Virus record (IMG/VR): IMGVR_UViG_3300044972_000535
Location: 1 to 56,140 of that record
From: a virus
Taxonomy: Duplodnaviria; Caudoviricetes
Reading direction: 5' to 3' (one strand)
DNA: 56,140 bases
Shown: piece after piece, positions 25,166 to 33,896 of the stretch
Numbering within the stretch: the stretch's first letter is position 1
Layout: every line of letters starts with the position of its first letter
Position numbers and translations under genes: made by a program
Notes under the pieces: generated by a model
Told to the model about the DNA's origin: nothing
What the model saw: the letters and a program-made list of their open reading frames with translations, nothing else
The model's database searches: none

Positions 25166-25302
25166 GTCAGCATCCACCCGGCGATCATCGTGGCGGTCAG
25201 CAAGAGCCACGCGCAAGCCATCATGCCGGCCAGCCGCTGTGCCATGCGCTGCCGGCGCTGCTGGCGCTCTATAAGGGATGCGAGGGTAATGAAGCGTTCC
25301 AT
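25159..25302 (-). CDS. Small membrane protein (47 aa)
   Basis: MERFITLASLIERQQRRQRMAQRLAGMMACAWLLLTATMIAGWMLTW; AAGGGA upstream. Confidence 0.5.
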   Translation of the reverse strand: MERFITLASLIERQQRRQRMAQRLAGMMACAWLLLTATMIAGWMLTW

Positions 25303-25315
25303 GCGTAGAGTCCCT

Positions 25316-25918
25316 TTATTGGTTGCTTGTACTCAACTCTTCAGCGAAGCCGGTGCCGCGCGCTATCTCGAGCATTCTGTCCTGGGCAACGACCCCGAAA
25401 CCGTCAACGAAATAGTGCTTGGTGCCGTGGTGGGGGAGATTGTTGAGGTCGCCCCATGTCACGCGCTGGTGTTCAAAAATCTTGATGTCGCAGCGGTACA
25501 CGTTGTGTTTGTACCGCCGCAAGAACTGGGCGGCGCGGTCATAGATTGTCTGGGCAGCCTCAGCCTGCCGGACTAGGTTGCTAGAGCGGCCATAGTCGGT
25601 GCGCTTTGACTCTCCATCGATCCAGTGAACGCCATTGTCGATCAAGATCGACTTGATCATCCCTCTGCCCAGTTGGTACTTCCGCGCCATCTCGCTGAGG
25701 GTGTGCGACTTTGCGTCGTTGAGCAGTCCGTCAGGGGCAACAAGCTTGCCACCCAGCCGCTTGGTGTCCTGCAACCGCAGTGGAATGTCGTTGACCTTGC
25801 GCGTCTCTAAAAACTGCTCCGGCGGAAACCCGATGACTCCAGATATCTGGGCAACGGAACCACCGCCTTCGTACATCATCACGAACAGTTCACGCTGTTG
25901 ATCCGTGAGTCTCATCAC
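25316..25918 (-). CDS. Hypothetical protein with HTH-like segments
   Basis: 200 aa; SVAQISGVIG and TLSEMARKYQLG helices. Confidence 0.6.
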   Translation of the reverse strand: MMRLTDQQRELFVMMYEGGGSVAQISGVIGFPPEQFLETRKVNDIPLRLQDTKRLGGKLVAPDGLLNDAKSHTLSEMARKYQLGRGMIKSILIDNGVHWIDGESKRTDYGRSSNLVRQAEAAQTIYDRAAQFLRRYKHNVYRCDIKIFEHQRVTWGDLNNLPHHGTKHYFVDGFGVVAQDRMLEIARGTGFAEELSTSNQ

Positions 25919-26068
25919 AATCCCTTTAAAGTAAGTTCCGGTGTTCCTTCGATTCGCCGCAATTTATGACAACCCCTGTACCCCACGGCGTTAACGCTTG
26001 CGCGCATCGAAAGCTTCAATCCCGCCACCGGAGATCGAGATTACGAAAGGAGGGGGAGGGGTAACTGG

Positions 26069-26233
26069 TCAATCTATAAGTTTCTCTGTGCGAGTGATCT
26101 GCACGATGTGGAGAGGGATTCCAATCTTTATTTCGTACCGGTTCCGCTCTTCACGTGCGCGCATCAGGCTGTCGAATGAAAAGACGGGCGCGTTCAGGCG
26201 TGTGCGCAGTTCGTATGTGATGGTCATGGGCAT
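26069..26233 (-). CDS. Small hypothetical protein (54 aa)
   Basis: AAGGAA RBS; MPMTITYELRT...EKLID. Confidence 0.55.
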   Translation of the reverse strand: MPMTITYELRTRLNAPVFSFDSLMRAREERNRYEIKIGIPLHIVQITRTEKLID

Positions 26234-26250
26234 TTCCTTCGACTGAGGGG

Positions 26251-27120
26251 TCAGGCCGCTTGCGCGACCTGCTCCGGTTCCGACATGCCGATCAGCAGAT
26301 CGACCGCCTTGGTTGCAGCAGACGCTGCCGACACGAACTCACGCTTGTGGTCGCCAAGCTTCTTGATCCACCCGTTCAAGTAGTGGGCGTGGTCAATGCG
26401 CGGCTCTGAACTAATACCCAAGTTGGCGCACAGGAAGGCGGCACCCAGTTCAGCGATCAGTTCCTCGCGGGCGTAGTCTTCGCTGCCGAAGGCGTTTGCC
26501 TGTTCACGGTTCAGGCGCGACTTGTGGCCCGTCCAGTGAACCAGTTCATGGGAGATGGTGCTGTAATAGCATTCAGCAGCCGTGCTGGTGGGGGTGTCCT
26601 CGAAGACATCGAGGGCGGGGACGTGGACGCTGTCGCGGGCGGGCGAGTAATAGGCGCGGCCTGCGTCGGAAAAGGTGATCTGGGCAGGAATTTTGCGGAA
26701 AAAATCCTCAGCACCCGCGATCCGTTCTGCGACTGTCGGCTCTTCGATGACCTCAGCCTGATAGCCATCAACCTGATCGGCGTTGAACACGTTGTAGTAC
26801 TTCAGGAATGGGATGCGCTGCACCTTGCCGGCTTCCTCTTTCTCGATGAACTGCCAGAACACGATGGTGGTGGACTTCTCGCCCTTGCGCACTTGGCAGT
26901 CGCGCTCGTTCCACTGCTTGTACGTACCCCACACAGGCGATACGAAACCAGACCAACTGAGCAGCAGCGTGTTAACGCCGCGATAGTGTTTCTTGCTGGC
27001 GATGTTCACGGGGAGGGCGGACTTGCCCTTGCGGGCGAAGGGATTAACCCAGTTCGACCCGTGCTGTTCCATCATCTCGAGAACGCGGTCGGTGACCTGT
27101 GAGTAGACATCAAGCTTCAT
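26251..27120 (-). CDS. ardC: ArdC-like antirestriction protein (ssDNA-binding + zincin)
   Basis: YRGVN..LL, WGTYKQW...VRKGEK, VFNADQ, HELVHWTGH, YAREELIAELGA. Confidence 0.92.
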   Translation of the reverse strand: MKLDVYSQVTDRVLEMMEQHGSNWVNPFARKGKSALPVNIASKKHYRGVNTLLLSWSGFVSPVWGTYKQWNERDCQVRKGEKSTTIVFWQFIEKEEAGKVQRIPFLKYYNVFNADQVDGYQAEVIEEPTVAERIAGAEDFFRKIPAQITFSDAGRAYYSPARDSVHVPALDVFEDTPTSTAAECYYSTISHELVHWTGHKSRLNREQANAFGSEDYAREELIAELGAAFLCANLGISSEPRIDHAHYLNGWIKKLGDHKREFVSAASAATKAVDLLIGMSEPEQVAQAA

Positions 27121-27153
27121 GGCACTGCTTCCTTGCGTTGTGCTGTTGGTGAA

Positions 27154-27182
27154 GGTGTAAAAAGGGGAGACCCAGGTGTCAA
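27154..27182 (-). promoter_or_regulatory. Sigma70-type promoter for ardC
   Basis: TTGACA-17 nt-TACACC on minus strand. Confidence 0.5.
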
Positions 27183-27193
27183 CCCTAGTACTT

Positions 27194-27460
27194 TCAATAG
27201 ACGTAGCCGGGACTGGACGCTTCCACGTCGGGCCACGGGTTGGCGCACAGGACGCGCCCCAAGTAATTGACGGTCACGTAGCCGGGGCAGAGGTAGAGTT
27301 TCCCGTCGCAGTCCACGACCGTCCAGACGTTGCGCTGGTCTGTGTCCGGGGGGACATCGCGCCAGCCGCGCATGATCGACCCGTCATCCATTTCGACGGG
27401 GGTATATCGCCGCTCGAACGTGTCATAGGTGCCGGCGCGGGTGCGTTGCTTGATGGTCAT
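27194..27460 (-). CDS. Hypothetical protein
   Basis: 88 aa, GAGGGG RBS, VWTVVD.DG...G...VN..G. Confidence 0.65.
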   Translation of the reverse strand: MTIKQRTRAGTYDTFERRYTPVEMDDGSIMRGWRDVPPDTDQRNVWTVVDCDGKLYLCPGYVTVNYLGRVLCANPWPDVEASSPGYVY

Positions 27461-27614
27461 TGGTGTTCCCCTCAGAAGCCGGTGATGGCGATAACGTAGC
27501 GGCCATCATCAACCCGCGCACTGAACTGAATGTTGCGATGGGTGAGGCCTTCGACGGTGTTGAGGAAATCCTCGAGCGTGATGCAAATGATGTTCATGTG
27601 TTTTTCCCTTCGGC

Positions 27615-27935
27615 TTAGTTGGAGGTTGCGAGGCGGTAGAGTTCGCCCATCGCTTCGTTGTCGGTGTGATCGGAGATCAGTTCCTCGCCGCTGGGGTCAT
27701 TGCCCCAGATCAGGGAAAACGTGCCGACCACGCCGCCGTCAGAGTGACGCACCCGGATGTAGTCTTCGCCGGTCGAGGCAAGCGCATTGATGATCTCTGT
27801 CGTGCTGCGGCTTTTCAGGACAGTCCACTCTTCGCCATCGTTCACGGAGACGAGGTGTCCGGCGGCGAGGATGGCGTTGACCAGCCTGCGGGCCACTGTG
27901 CGTTCGCCGACCGTTGCGTGTTCCATTGCAGTCAT
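27615..27935 (-). CDS. Hypothetical protein
   Basis: GGGAG RBS; SVNDGEEW...LIWGN....E.ISDHT. Confidence 0.65.
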   Translation of the reverse strand: MTAMEHATVGERTVARRLVNAILAAGHLVSVNDGEEWTVLKSRSTTEIINALASTGEDYIRVRHSDGGVVGTFSLIWGNDPSGEELISDHTDNEAMGELYRLATSN

Positions 27936-27960
27936 GTCGTTCTCCCTTGTGATGAGGTGA

Positions 27961-28182
27961 TCAGGAAACTTTGGCGATGATGCCGTCACGCATGGTGACC
28001 TCAGCGAAGAACTCGCGGCCCTTGATGCCGGTGATCGACGGGCGGTTCGATCCGCAGAACTGACCGTCGCGGCGGAACTCAGCGCCGAAGATCGATGTCT
28101 CTTGGTAGCGCAGTGCCTGACCAACGGAAGCGGCCAGTTCCTTCTTGGATGCGTATTTCAAAATCATCATCGGTGTCTCCAT
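27961..28182 (-). CDS. Small hypothetical protein
   Basis: YASKKEL...VGQ.LRY.ETSIFG.E...REFFAEVTM.DG.I.KV. Confidence 0.7.
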   Translation of the reverse strand: METPMMILKYASKKELAASVGQALRYQETSIFGAEFRRDGQFCGSNRPSITGIKGREFFAEVTMRDGIIAKVS

Positions 28183-28214
28183 CGTCGTAGCGTCGAACCG
28201 TCTCGACCTGCTAA

Positions 28215-28243
28215 CTAATAGAAGTGCGAAATTTATGCGTCAA
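28215..28243 (-). promoter_or_regulatory. Sigma70-type leftward promoter
   Basis: TTGACG-17 nt-TATTAG on minus strand in an AT-rich intergenic region. Confidence 0.6.
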
Positions 28244-28379
28244 CCCACCTCGCTAAAGTTTTTTTATGTAGACGTGGCTGAATGGCCATAACCCTCGGTT
28301 TTCAGGTCGAAATAAAAATTTCATCGGTGCATGATCGATGTCGATCCGCCATCTGCAATCTGATAAGAGGGGTGATGCG

Positions 28380-28655
28380 TTGACACACTGGGACGATGCC
28401 GTGGACTTACCGATGATCGATCACCGCTTGGAACGCATCGAGGACGAGATGCGGGGCATCGCGGAGGCGCTGAAACACCTCACGCGGGTCGATGAGCGGC
28501 TGAAGCAACACCGGGACACCATCGACGATCATGAGACGCGCATCCGCGACCTTGAGACGCTTGGACACACGGCCAAGGGTTCGTTCGTGACAGCAGAGCG
28601 GGTGATCTGGTTCGCCATCACCGCCGGTCTGGCGCTGCTGCAATTCGTCGGTTGA
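28380..28655 (+). CDS. Coiled-coil protein with C-terminal TM (XhlA/holin-like)
   Basis: GAGGGG RBS, TTG start; IDDHETRIRDLE, C-terminal hydrophobic helix. Confidence 0.55.
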   Translation: MTHWDDAVDLPMIDHRLERIEDEMRGIAEALKHLTRVDERLKQHRDTIDDHETRIRDLETLGHTAKGSFVTAERVIWFAITAGLALLQFVG

Positions 28656-28692
28656 GTTGACCAGGAGCCGCTGCCGGTGGGCAGATGGCCCC

Positions 28693-28762
28693 TAAAATTT
28701 CGGCGGGAAAAAACAGAGGGCCAGCAATCGCCACCCCTCTGCTATGTGTTCCTGTAGTAGGG
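28693..28762. repeat. Direct repeat, copy 1
   Basis: TAAAATTtcGGCGGGAAAAAaCAGAGGGCCAGCA...CTGTAGTAGGG; copy 2 at 29746-29800. Confidence 0.8.
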
Positions 28763-28775
28763 GAGAGACCCCCGT

Positions 28776-29078
28776 CTAGGTGTAGGCGTCTGCCCACTGT
28801 GTGAGCAGGATCGCCTTATAGGCATCGAGAGGCCTCTCTCGCAGTTCCGCGACGTGCATCAGGTCATCGATAGTTTCTTCGACCCAGTGCGCGCCTTCAT
28901 CCCGGTGATCGGCCAGCCATCCGTGCAGGGCGGTGATCACCTGCTGCTCCGCTTCGGTCATGTCGGGCTGCTCTTCGACCGGGTAGCCATAGCCCAGCCA
29001 GTAGGGGATGCTGGCGTCCCTGTCGGTGGCGTCGAGTATCTCGTTACTGCGCTTTGCGCGGATCACGTAGATCGTCAT
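28776..29078 (-). CDS. Hypothetical protein
   Basis: AAGGAA RBS, MTIYVIRAKR... Confidence 0.6.
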   Translation of the reverse strand: MTIYVIRAKRSNEILDATDRDASIPYWLGYGYPVEEQPDMTEAEQQVITALHGWLADHRDEGAHWVEETIDDLMHVAELRERPLDAYKAILLTQWADAYT

Positions 29079-29103
29079 TGTGGTGGTTCCTTTTGCAAAA
29101 GGT

Positions 29104-29418
29104 TCAAGCGGCGCGATCACGAATGCGCCGCAATTCGCGTTTGCGAGCAGCGTCGGCGGTGACTTCATTTTGGAACGAGCCATCAATCGGGCATTGCCCA
29201 ATGCCAGCCAGATCAAACAGCGCCGCGCCAAACTGGTTTATGCCAACGGGCGCAGGCAAGATATATTTTGTCCACTGACTGCCCTGCCAGCCAAACCTGC
29301 CCATAGGCAAGCTGTAGGCGTTGCTGCCTACCGACAGCGTGACAATATCGCCCTCTGTCTGGTCGTGCATGGCGGTTAGGCATTTAGCGTGTTCTGGGTA
29401 GTAGGAATAAGCGGCCAT
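29104..29418 (-). CDS. Hypothetical protein
   Basis: AAGGAA RBS, 104 aa. Confidence 0.6.
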   Translation of the reverse strand: MAAYSYYPEHAKCLTAMHDQTEGDIVTLSVGSNAYSLPMGRFGWQGSQWTKYILPAPVGINQFGAALFDLAGIGQCPIDGSFQNEVTADAARKRELRRIRDRAA

Positions 29419-29483
29419 GGTGGTGGTTCCTTCCTTGGAATTATTCAGGCAATTGGAGGGGCGACCGAAGCCGCCCCAGAGTT

Positions 29484-29684
29484 TCAGGCTGCGGCGAGGA
29501 GTTCGTCGAAGCGATCCTCAACCCAGTTGACCCGGTTGCCTGTTGCGCGAATGTCGAGCGTGTCGAGGATGTGGTACTCGACCCACAGATACTTGTCCGT
29601 CTGCGCGGCGTACGCACGTGCGTTGTCGAGGGTGATTGCTGGTGCCACTGCGGTGGTGAAGTCGTTGGTCATGTCAGTCTCCAT
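29484..29684 (-). CDS. Hypothetical protein
   Basis: 66 aa or start at MTND after GGAG; downstream of promoter. Confidence 0.55.
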   Translation of the reverse strand: METDMTNDFTTAVAPAITLDNARAYAAQTDKYLWVEYHILDTLDIRATGNRVNWVEDRFDELLAAA

Positions 29685-29711
29685 TCACTGTTTGTCGCCT
29701 AAGACGACACC

Positions 29712-29741
29712 GTCTTAGAATCGGAGAAAGGGGTCTGTCAA
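29712..29741 (-). promoter_or_regulatory. Sigma70-type leftward promoter
   Basis: TTGACA-18 nt-TAAGAC on minus strand. Confidence 0.5.
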
Positions 29742-29745
29742 CTTT

Positions 29746-29800
29746 TAAAATTGGGGCGGGAAAAACCAGAGGGCCAGCAGCTTCATCCTCTGTAGTAGGG
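29746..29800. repeat. Direct repeat, copy 2
   Basis: 31/34 identity to 28693-28726 plus shared CTGTAGTAGGG. Confidence 0.8.
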
Positions 29801-29846
29801 ACAGAGACAGTAGAGAGAGATAACGCTATAGGGGAGAGACCAACCA

Positions 29847-30314
29847 GTGAGAGATCAGATCATGCGCGAACCAAAGACAGCAGAGGGAAAGGCCAAGGCC
29901 ATCGCCTCAGTGAACAAGGATTACGTGACGCCCAAGCAACAGAGGTTTGTGGCGGCGTACATCGCCAATGGAGGCAATGGGACACAGGCAGCGATAGAGG
30001 CAGGATATGCACCGCGCAGTGCAGCGCCGACCGCCTCAGAGATGCTAAAGATGTCGAAGATCAGGGTGAGGTTAGAGGGGGAGAAAACAGCACAGCTAGA
30101 CCGTCTGGCTCTGTCTGGCGACTGGGTCACGTCCCGATTGATGACGATGGCCGATCAGGCGGACAGCGATGCAGCCAAGGTTCGCAGCCTCGAACTGCTC
30201 GGCAAGGTGGTCGGCATCTTCGCTCCGGACAAGAAAGACATCACCGTGAACCAGACCGGGGACTTCCTCGCGACGCTCGATCTGGACGAGGATGACCCGG
30301 ACACCATGCAGTAA
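29847..30314 (+). CDS. terS: Terminase small subunit
   Basis: TPKQQRFV..Y....NGTQAAIEAGY...A...ASE.L, SLELLGK..GIF. Confidence 0.9.
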   Translation: MRDQIMREPKTAEGKAKAIASVNKDYVTPKQQRFVAAYIANGGNGTQAAIEAGYAPRSAAPTASEMLKMSKIRVRLEGEKTAQLDRLALSGDWVTSRLMTMADQADSDAAKVRSLELLGKVVGIFAPDKKDITVNQTGDFLATLDLDEDDPDTMQ

Positions 30315-31111
30315 GACCACAACCTAGACAGGGTCGTGGTCGTTGCCCTGCTAACACCCTGCTCAAGCCTCGCATTGCGCTGCATTGCATAGGGTTTGGG
30401 CGGGGTTTTCTTTGGGCCATCGGTGGTGTGGCCTTCCTCTATGCACGGCCAGTGCGCCAGCGCCGATCCGCATCCGCCCTGCCTGACCCGCCTGCCTACC
30501 TGACCTGCCCGCCTAGAGGGGGGGGGGACGTGGTGCCGCGACCCCGGCCTCGAGTCTGCGGTTCCATACGAGGCTGCAAACGCTGTAGCCCCAGTATTGG
30601 TATCCACCCTAACCTACCCCTACCCATTCCTAACCAGGGGGGTAGTCAATCTGACAAACGAAACCCAAAAAATATAAAACGCATTTTTGATGTCCCCTCC
30701 ATAAGCCTTATGCAGATGACGACTTCTGCTTTGCCTTCTGCGCAAAATGGCTGTACTGCGTTATGAAACGCGGAGGCCAACGTGCTGTTCATGAAGTCCG
30801 GAATGAGCGCCATCAATCGCGCCAAGGCTAAGGCTGAGGAGCAGGCGGGCGTTGTGCGTACCCTGGCGAGGAGCGTGAGTCCCTTGCGCGGTGATCCACG
30901 CCGGCAGCCGAAAAACGAGAACAAGTTGGCCGATGTTGTGGCCGATGTTTGACGAGATGTCTGAGAGGATCGCGGGCATCACCTTGCACCGTGGCGACGA
31001 CCCTCTAGCATTCTTCGGGCTGTCTTTCAGCTGCTTCAACTTTGGCGCTGAGTTCTACACCGGCATAGTGCGCGTGAACTTTGGCTTCCTGCTGATGATT
31101 GTGAGGTTCTA

Positions 31112-31663
31112 ATGGCCGATCCTGTTTCTCTCTACCTGCGCAACTTCCAGGCGTCGGTCAACGATGGCTCGTACTTCAAGAAGCCTTCCTACGAAGAGTT
31201 CGAGGGCGACTCGATCCCGTACGACATGACTGTTCCGATGCAGCCGGTGAGCGATATGCCTATGCGGGAATCGCAGCCAGTAGAGGTTCGCGGTGGCCCC
31301 GTGATCGACGGTGATCAGCTTGGAGCGGGTGTCGGCGTCAATGCCCCGATGGGTCGTGGCAATCTCGACCTGAACGCTACCCTGGTGCCAGGCGATAGTC
31401 GTCTCAACGCGAACTACAACCAGCCTCTGGGGCGAGGCAACCTTGGCCTGAACGCCAGCATGGGTCGCGGCGGTGTGCAGAACGTCGGAGCGAACGTAGG
31501 CCAGCCTGTGGGCGATGGTTACGTCAATGCTCGAGCCAACTACCAGCCACAGTCCAAGAACTTCGATGTCGGCGTGGACTACCAGAACAAGGACACTGGG
31601 ATTGGTCTGTCGTACAACAGGGCCAACAAGGCGCTGATGGCGAACGCCACAAAGCGATTCTGA
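31112..31663 (+). CDS. Hypothetical Gly/Asn-rich beta-strand repeat protein
   Basis: Repeats of P(M/L)GRGNL.LNA; ends ANATKRF. Confidence 0.65.
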   Translation: MADPVSLYLRNFQASVNDGSYFKKPSYEEFEGDSIPYDMTVPMQPVSDMPMRESQPVEVRGGPVIDGDQLGAGVGVNAPMGRGNLDLNATLVPGDSRLNANYNQPLGRGNLGLNASMGRGGVQNVGANVGQPVGDGYVNARANYQPQSKNFDVGVDYQNKDTGIGLSYNRANKALMANATKRF

Positions 31664-31923
31664 TGGCTAAAGACCCGCGCCTCGAGAAGGCTGGCGTGTC
31701 TGGCTTCAACAAGCCGAAGGCGACGCCGTCACACCCAAGCAAGTCGCACGTCGTTGTCGCGAAGGACGGGGACACGATCAGGACGATCCGCTTCGGGCAG
31801 CAGGGCGTGAAGGGTTCGCCGGACGGTTCCAAGCGCAACGAGGCCTTCAAGGCGCGTCACGCCGTCAACATCAGCAAGGGCAAGCTGTCTGCGGCCTTTT
31901 GGGCGGACAAGGTGAAGTGGTGA
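31663..31923 (+). CDS. Small basic phage protein
   Basis: NKPK.TP.HP.KSHVV.AK.G....IRFGQQG...FKARH...SAAFWADKVKW. Confidence 0.8.
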   Translation: MAKDPRLEKAGVSGFNKPKATPSHPSKSHVVVAKDGDTIRTIRFGQQGVKGSPDGSKRNEAFKARHAVNISKGKLSAAFWADKVKW

Positions 31924-31927
31924 ATTG

Positions 31928-32419
31928 ATGACCGTATCTCCGCCGTGGCTGCTCGCAGCGCAGTCATACCTGGGTGTAAAGGAGGTTCCCGGTCCGAAAC
32001 ATTCTAATGTGATCCTTGGCTGGCTCCGTGGCCTGAAGGCCTGGTGGTCGGACGACGAGATGGCCTGGTGTGGCACATTCGTCGCGCACTGCCTCAAAGA
32101 GGCTGATCTGCCATTCCCCGATGCCTGGTATCGCGCCAGGGCGTACGAGAACTACGGCTCGCTCCTGCGCCGTGAGCGCCTGTCACCAGGTGCGATCCTG
32201 ATCTTCCTGCGTCAGGGTGGTGGCCACGTCGGCTTCTACGTGGGCGAGGACGACACGCACTACCACGTCCTGGGCGGCAATCAGTCGAACGGCGTGAACG
32301 TGATGCGCCTGGCAAAGCACCGGCTGTTCGCCTCCCGTTGGCCGACTGGTTACCCGGTAGTCGGCGGTCCAGTGATGCTTGCCTCTTCTTCCGCGAAAAT
32401 TTCCGGGAACGAGGCGTGA
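31928..32419 (+). CDS. Endolysin, NlpC/P60 (TIGR02594-like)
   Basis: PPWL..A....G.KE..G, DE.AWCG.FV, GGGHVGF, LGGNQSN. Confidence 0.88.
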   Translation: MTVSPPWLLAAQSYLGVKEVPGPKHSNVILGWLRGLKAWWSDDEMAWCGTFVAHCLKEADLPFPDAWYRARAYENYGSLLRRERLSPGAILIFLRQGGGHVGFYVGEDDTHYHVLGGNQSNGVNVMRLAKHRLFASRWPTGYPVVGGPVMLASSSAKISGNEA

Positions 32420-32421
32420 AG

Positions 32422-32691
32422 ATGCCGTCACTGAAGCAGTTGTTCTCCCTCTGCCTCCTGGGCGGGGGCGGCGCACTGTCTGCATTCAGCACGTGGCTGG
32501 TGTGGATCGTGTGGAAGGGTGGCTGGAGTGTGTCAAATCAGTCACAGCAGCTGGAAATTCTTGGCTGGGCGCTGCTCGGCGGCCTGTCCGGCGTGATGGT
32601 TTCACTCATTGCGATTGCGGTCGGCGGTCCTTTGCGTTCGCTCAAGGGTGAAGCCGGCCCAGTAAAGGTGGAAGTCGATGGCGATGATTGA
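32422..32691 (+). CDS. Putative holin (two TM segments)
   Basis: Two hydrophobic helices between endolysin and spanins. Confidence 0.55.
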   Translation: MPSLKQLFSLCLLGGGGALSAFSTWLVWIVWKGGWSVSNQSQQLEILGWALLGGLSGVMVSLIAIAVGGPLRSLKGEAGPVKVEVDGDD

Positions 32692-33034
32692 GGTCATCAG
32701 GTGGTGTTGGAAATTCCGCCGATTTTTTCTAACGGGCATTGTCGTCGTGGCCTTCATGTGGGTCTGGTACGCCAAGACCTCTGTCGAACGCGACCTGGCT
32801 CGAGAGAAGCTGATGGTCGTTGACCTTGAGCATCGCGTCGAGCAGCAGAACGTGGCCATTATGGAGTGGGCCGCTGACGCACAACGTCGTGGAGTGATGG
32901 CGAAGGAAGCCTTGCGTAAAGCATCGCTTGACGCCAAGCATCACAACGTGAAAGCGCAACGCATCCTAGTAGAGAAGCCGGTCGCAGATGATGAGTGTGT
33001 GGCGGCGCTCAGTCTGCTAAGGAAATACCAGTGA
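32678..33034 (+). CDS. Inner-membrane spanin (Rz-like)
   Basis: N-terminal TM, coiled coil, C-terminal Cys. Confidence 0.75.
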   Translation: MAMIEVIRWCWKFRRFFLTGIVVVAFMWVWYAKTSVERDLAREKLMVVDLEHRVEQQNVAIMEWAADAQRRGVMAKEALRKASLDAKHHNVKAQRILVEKPVADDECVAALSLLRKYQ

Positions 33035-33279
33035 AGCGGGTTCTGTTTCTCCCGCTTATTTTTTTGGCAGGCTGTGTCACGCCCCAGGCGAAAGTGATCC
33101 GGATGCCAATCCCAGTTCCGTGTGTCACGGAGACGATCAAGGAGCCGGACTTCCCCACAGTAGAAGCGGATGCCGGTCTATTTGAGCGTGTACAGGTGCT
33201 ACTTGCGGAGCGAGAACTCCGTCGAGGGTACGAAGGGCAACTAAAAGCGGCCATCGCCGCGTGTGGAGACGTGAAATGA
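33031..33279 (+). CDS. Outer-membrane spanin lipoprotein (Rz1-like)
   Basis: Lipobox FLAGC, Pro-rich segment PIPVPC. Confidence 0.8.
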   Translation: MKRVLFLPLIFLAGCVTPQAKVIRMPIPVPCVTETIKEPDFPTVEADAGLFERVQVLLAERELRRGYEGQLKAAIAACGDVK

Positions 33280-33410
33280 AGAAGCAGATGATGCCGTTCA
33301 TGGGCAAGGAATCGAAGATGGAAGAGAAGATGGAAGCCAAGAAGGGCGCTAAGGCCGCTCCGAAGGCGAAGGCCTCCATGAAGTCGGCTTGCAAGCCAAA
33401 GAAGAAATAA
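33276..33410 (+). CDS. Small Lys-rich protein (44 aa)
   Basis: MKKQMMPFMGKESKMEEKMEAKKG... Confidence 0.55.
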   Translation: MKKQMMPFMGKESKMEEKMEAKKGAKAAPKAKASMKSACKPKKK

Positions 33411-33419
33411 CCGGGGCGG

Positions 33420-33896
33420 GTGCCGTATTGTTGCACCCGATGTGGTCAAGAGAAGCCGCTCGACCAGTTCCGCTATAACGCGCGAACTGGTCGGCACTCT
33501 GCCTCCTGCCTGAGTTGCTGGAAGCCTAACCGGCAAGCAACGTACATCCACCAGTCAATTGAACACTACCTGGCGCAGAAACTTCGCCATGCCACGCGCC
33601 GCACCAGAATACGAGGCAAGCGCGCTATCACCTTTAACATCACCCTCGATGATGTGATGATGGTCTATGAGGAGCAGTCCGGTCGTTGCGCAATCTCCGG
33701 AGTTGCCTTAACGCACAGCGAAGAAACGCCGCACACGAACGCATCTATCGACCGCGTAAATCCGGACGTTGGGTACGAGGTTGAAAACATCCGCCTTGTT
33801 TGCTCGCTGGTCAACATCATGAGGATGCGCCTCAGCGACGAAGAACTGGGCAAGTGGGCGGTGAAAATTGCTAAGGGAATGGGTCTGTGGAAGTAG
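33420..33896 (+). CDS. HNH-like endonuclease with Zn finger
   Basis: CTRC..C..C, Q.GRCAISG, SIDRVNP..GY...NIRLVC..VN. Confidence 0.8.
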   Translation: MPYCCTRCGQEKPLDQFRYNARTGRHSASCLSCWKPNRQATYIHQSIEHYLAQKLRHATRRTRIRGKRAITFNITLDDVMMVYEEQSGRCAISGVALTHSEETPHTNASIDRVNPDVGYEVENIRLVCSLVNIMRMRLSDEELGKWAVKIAKGMGLWK

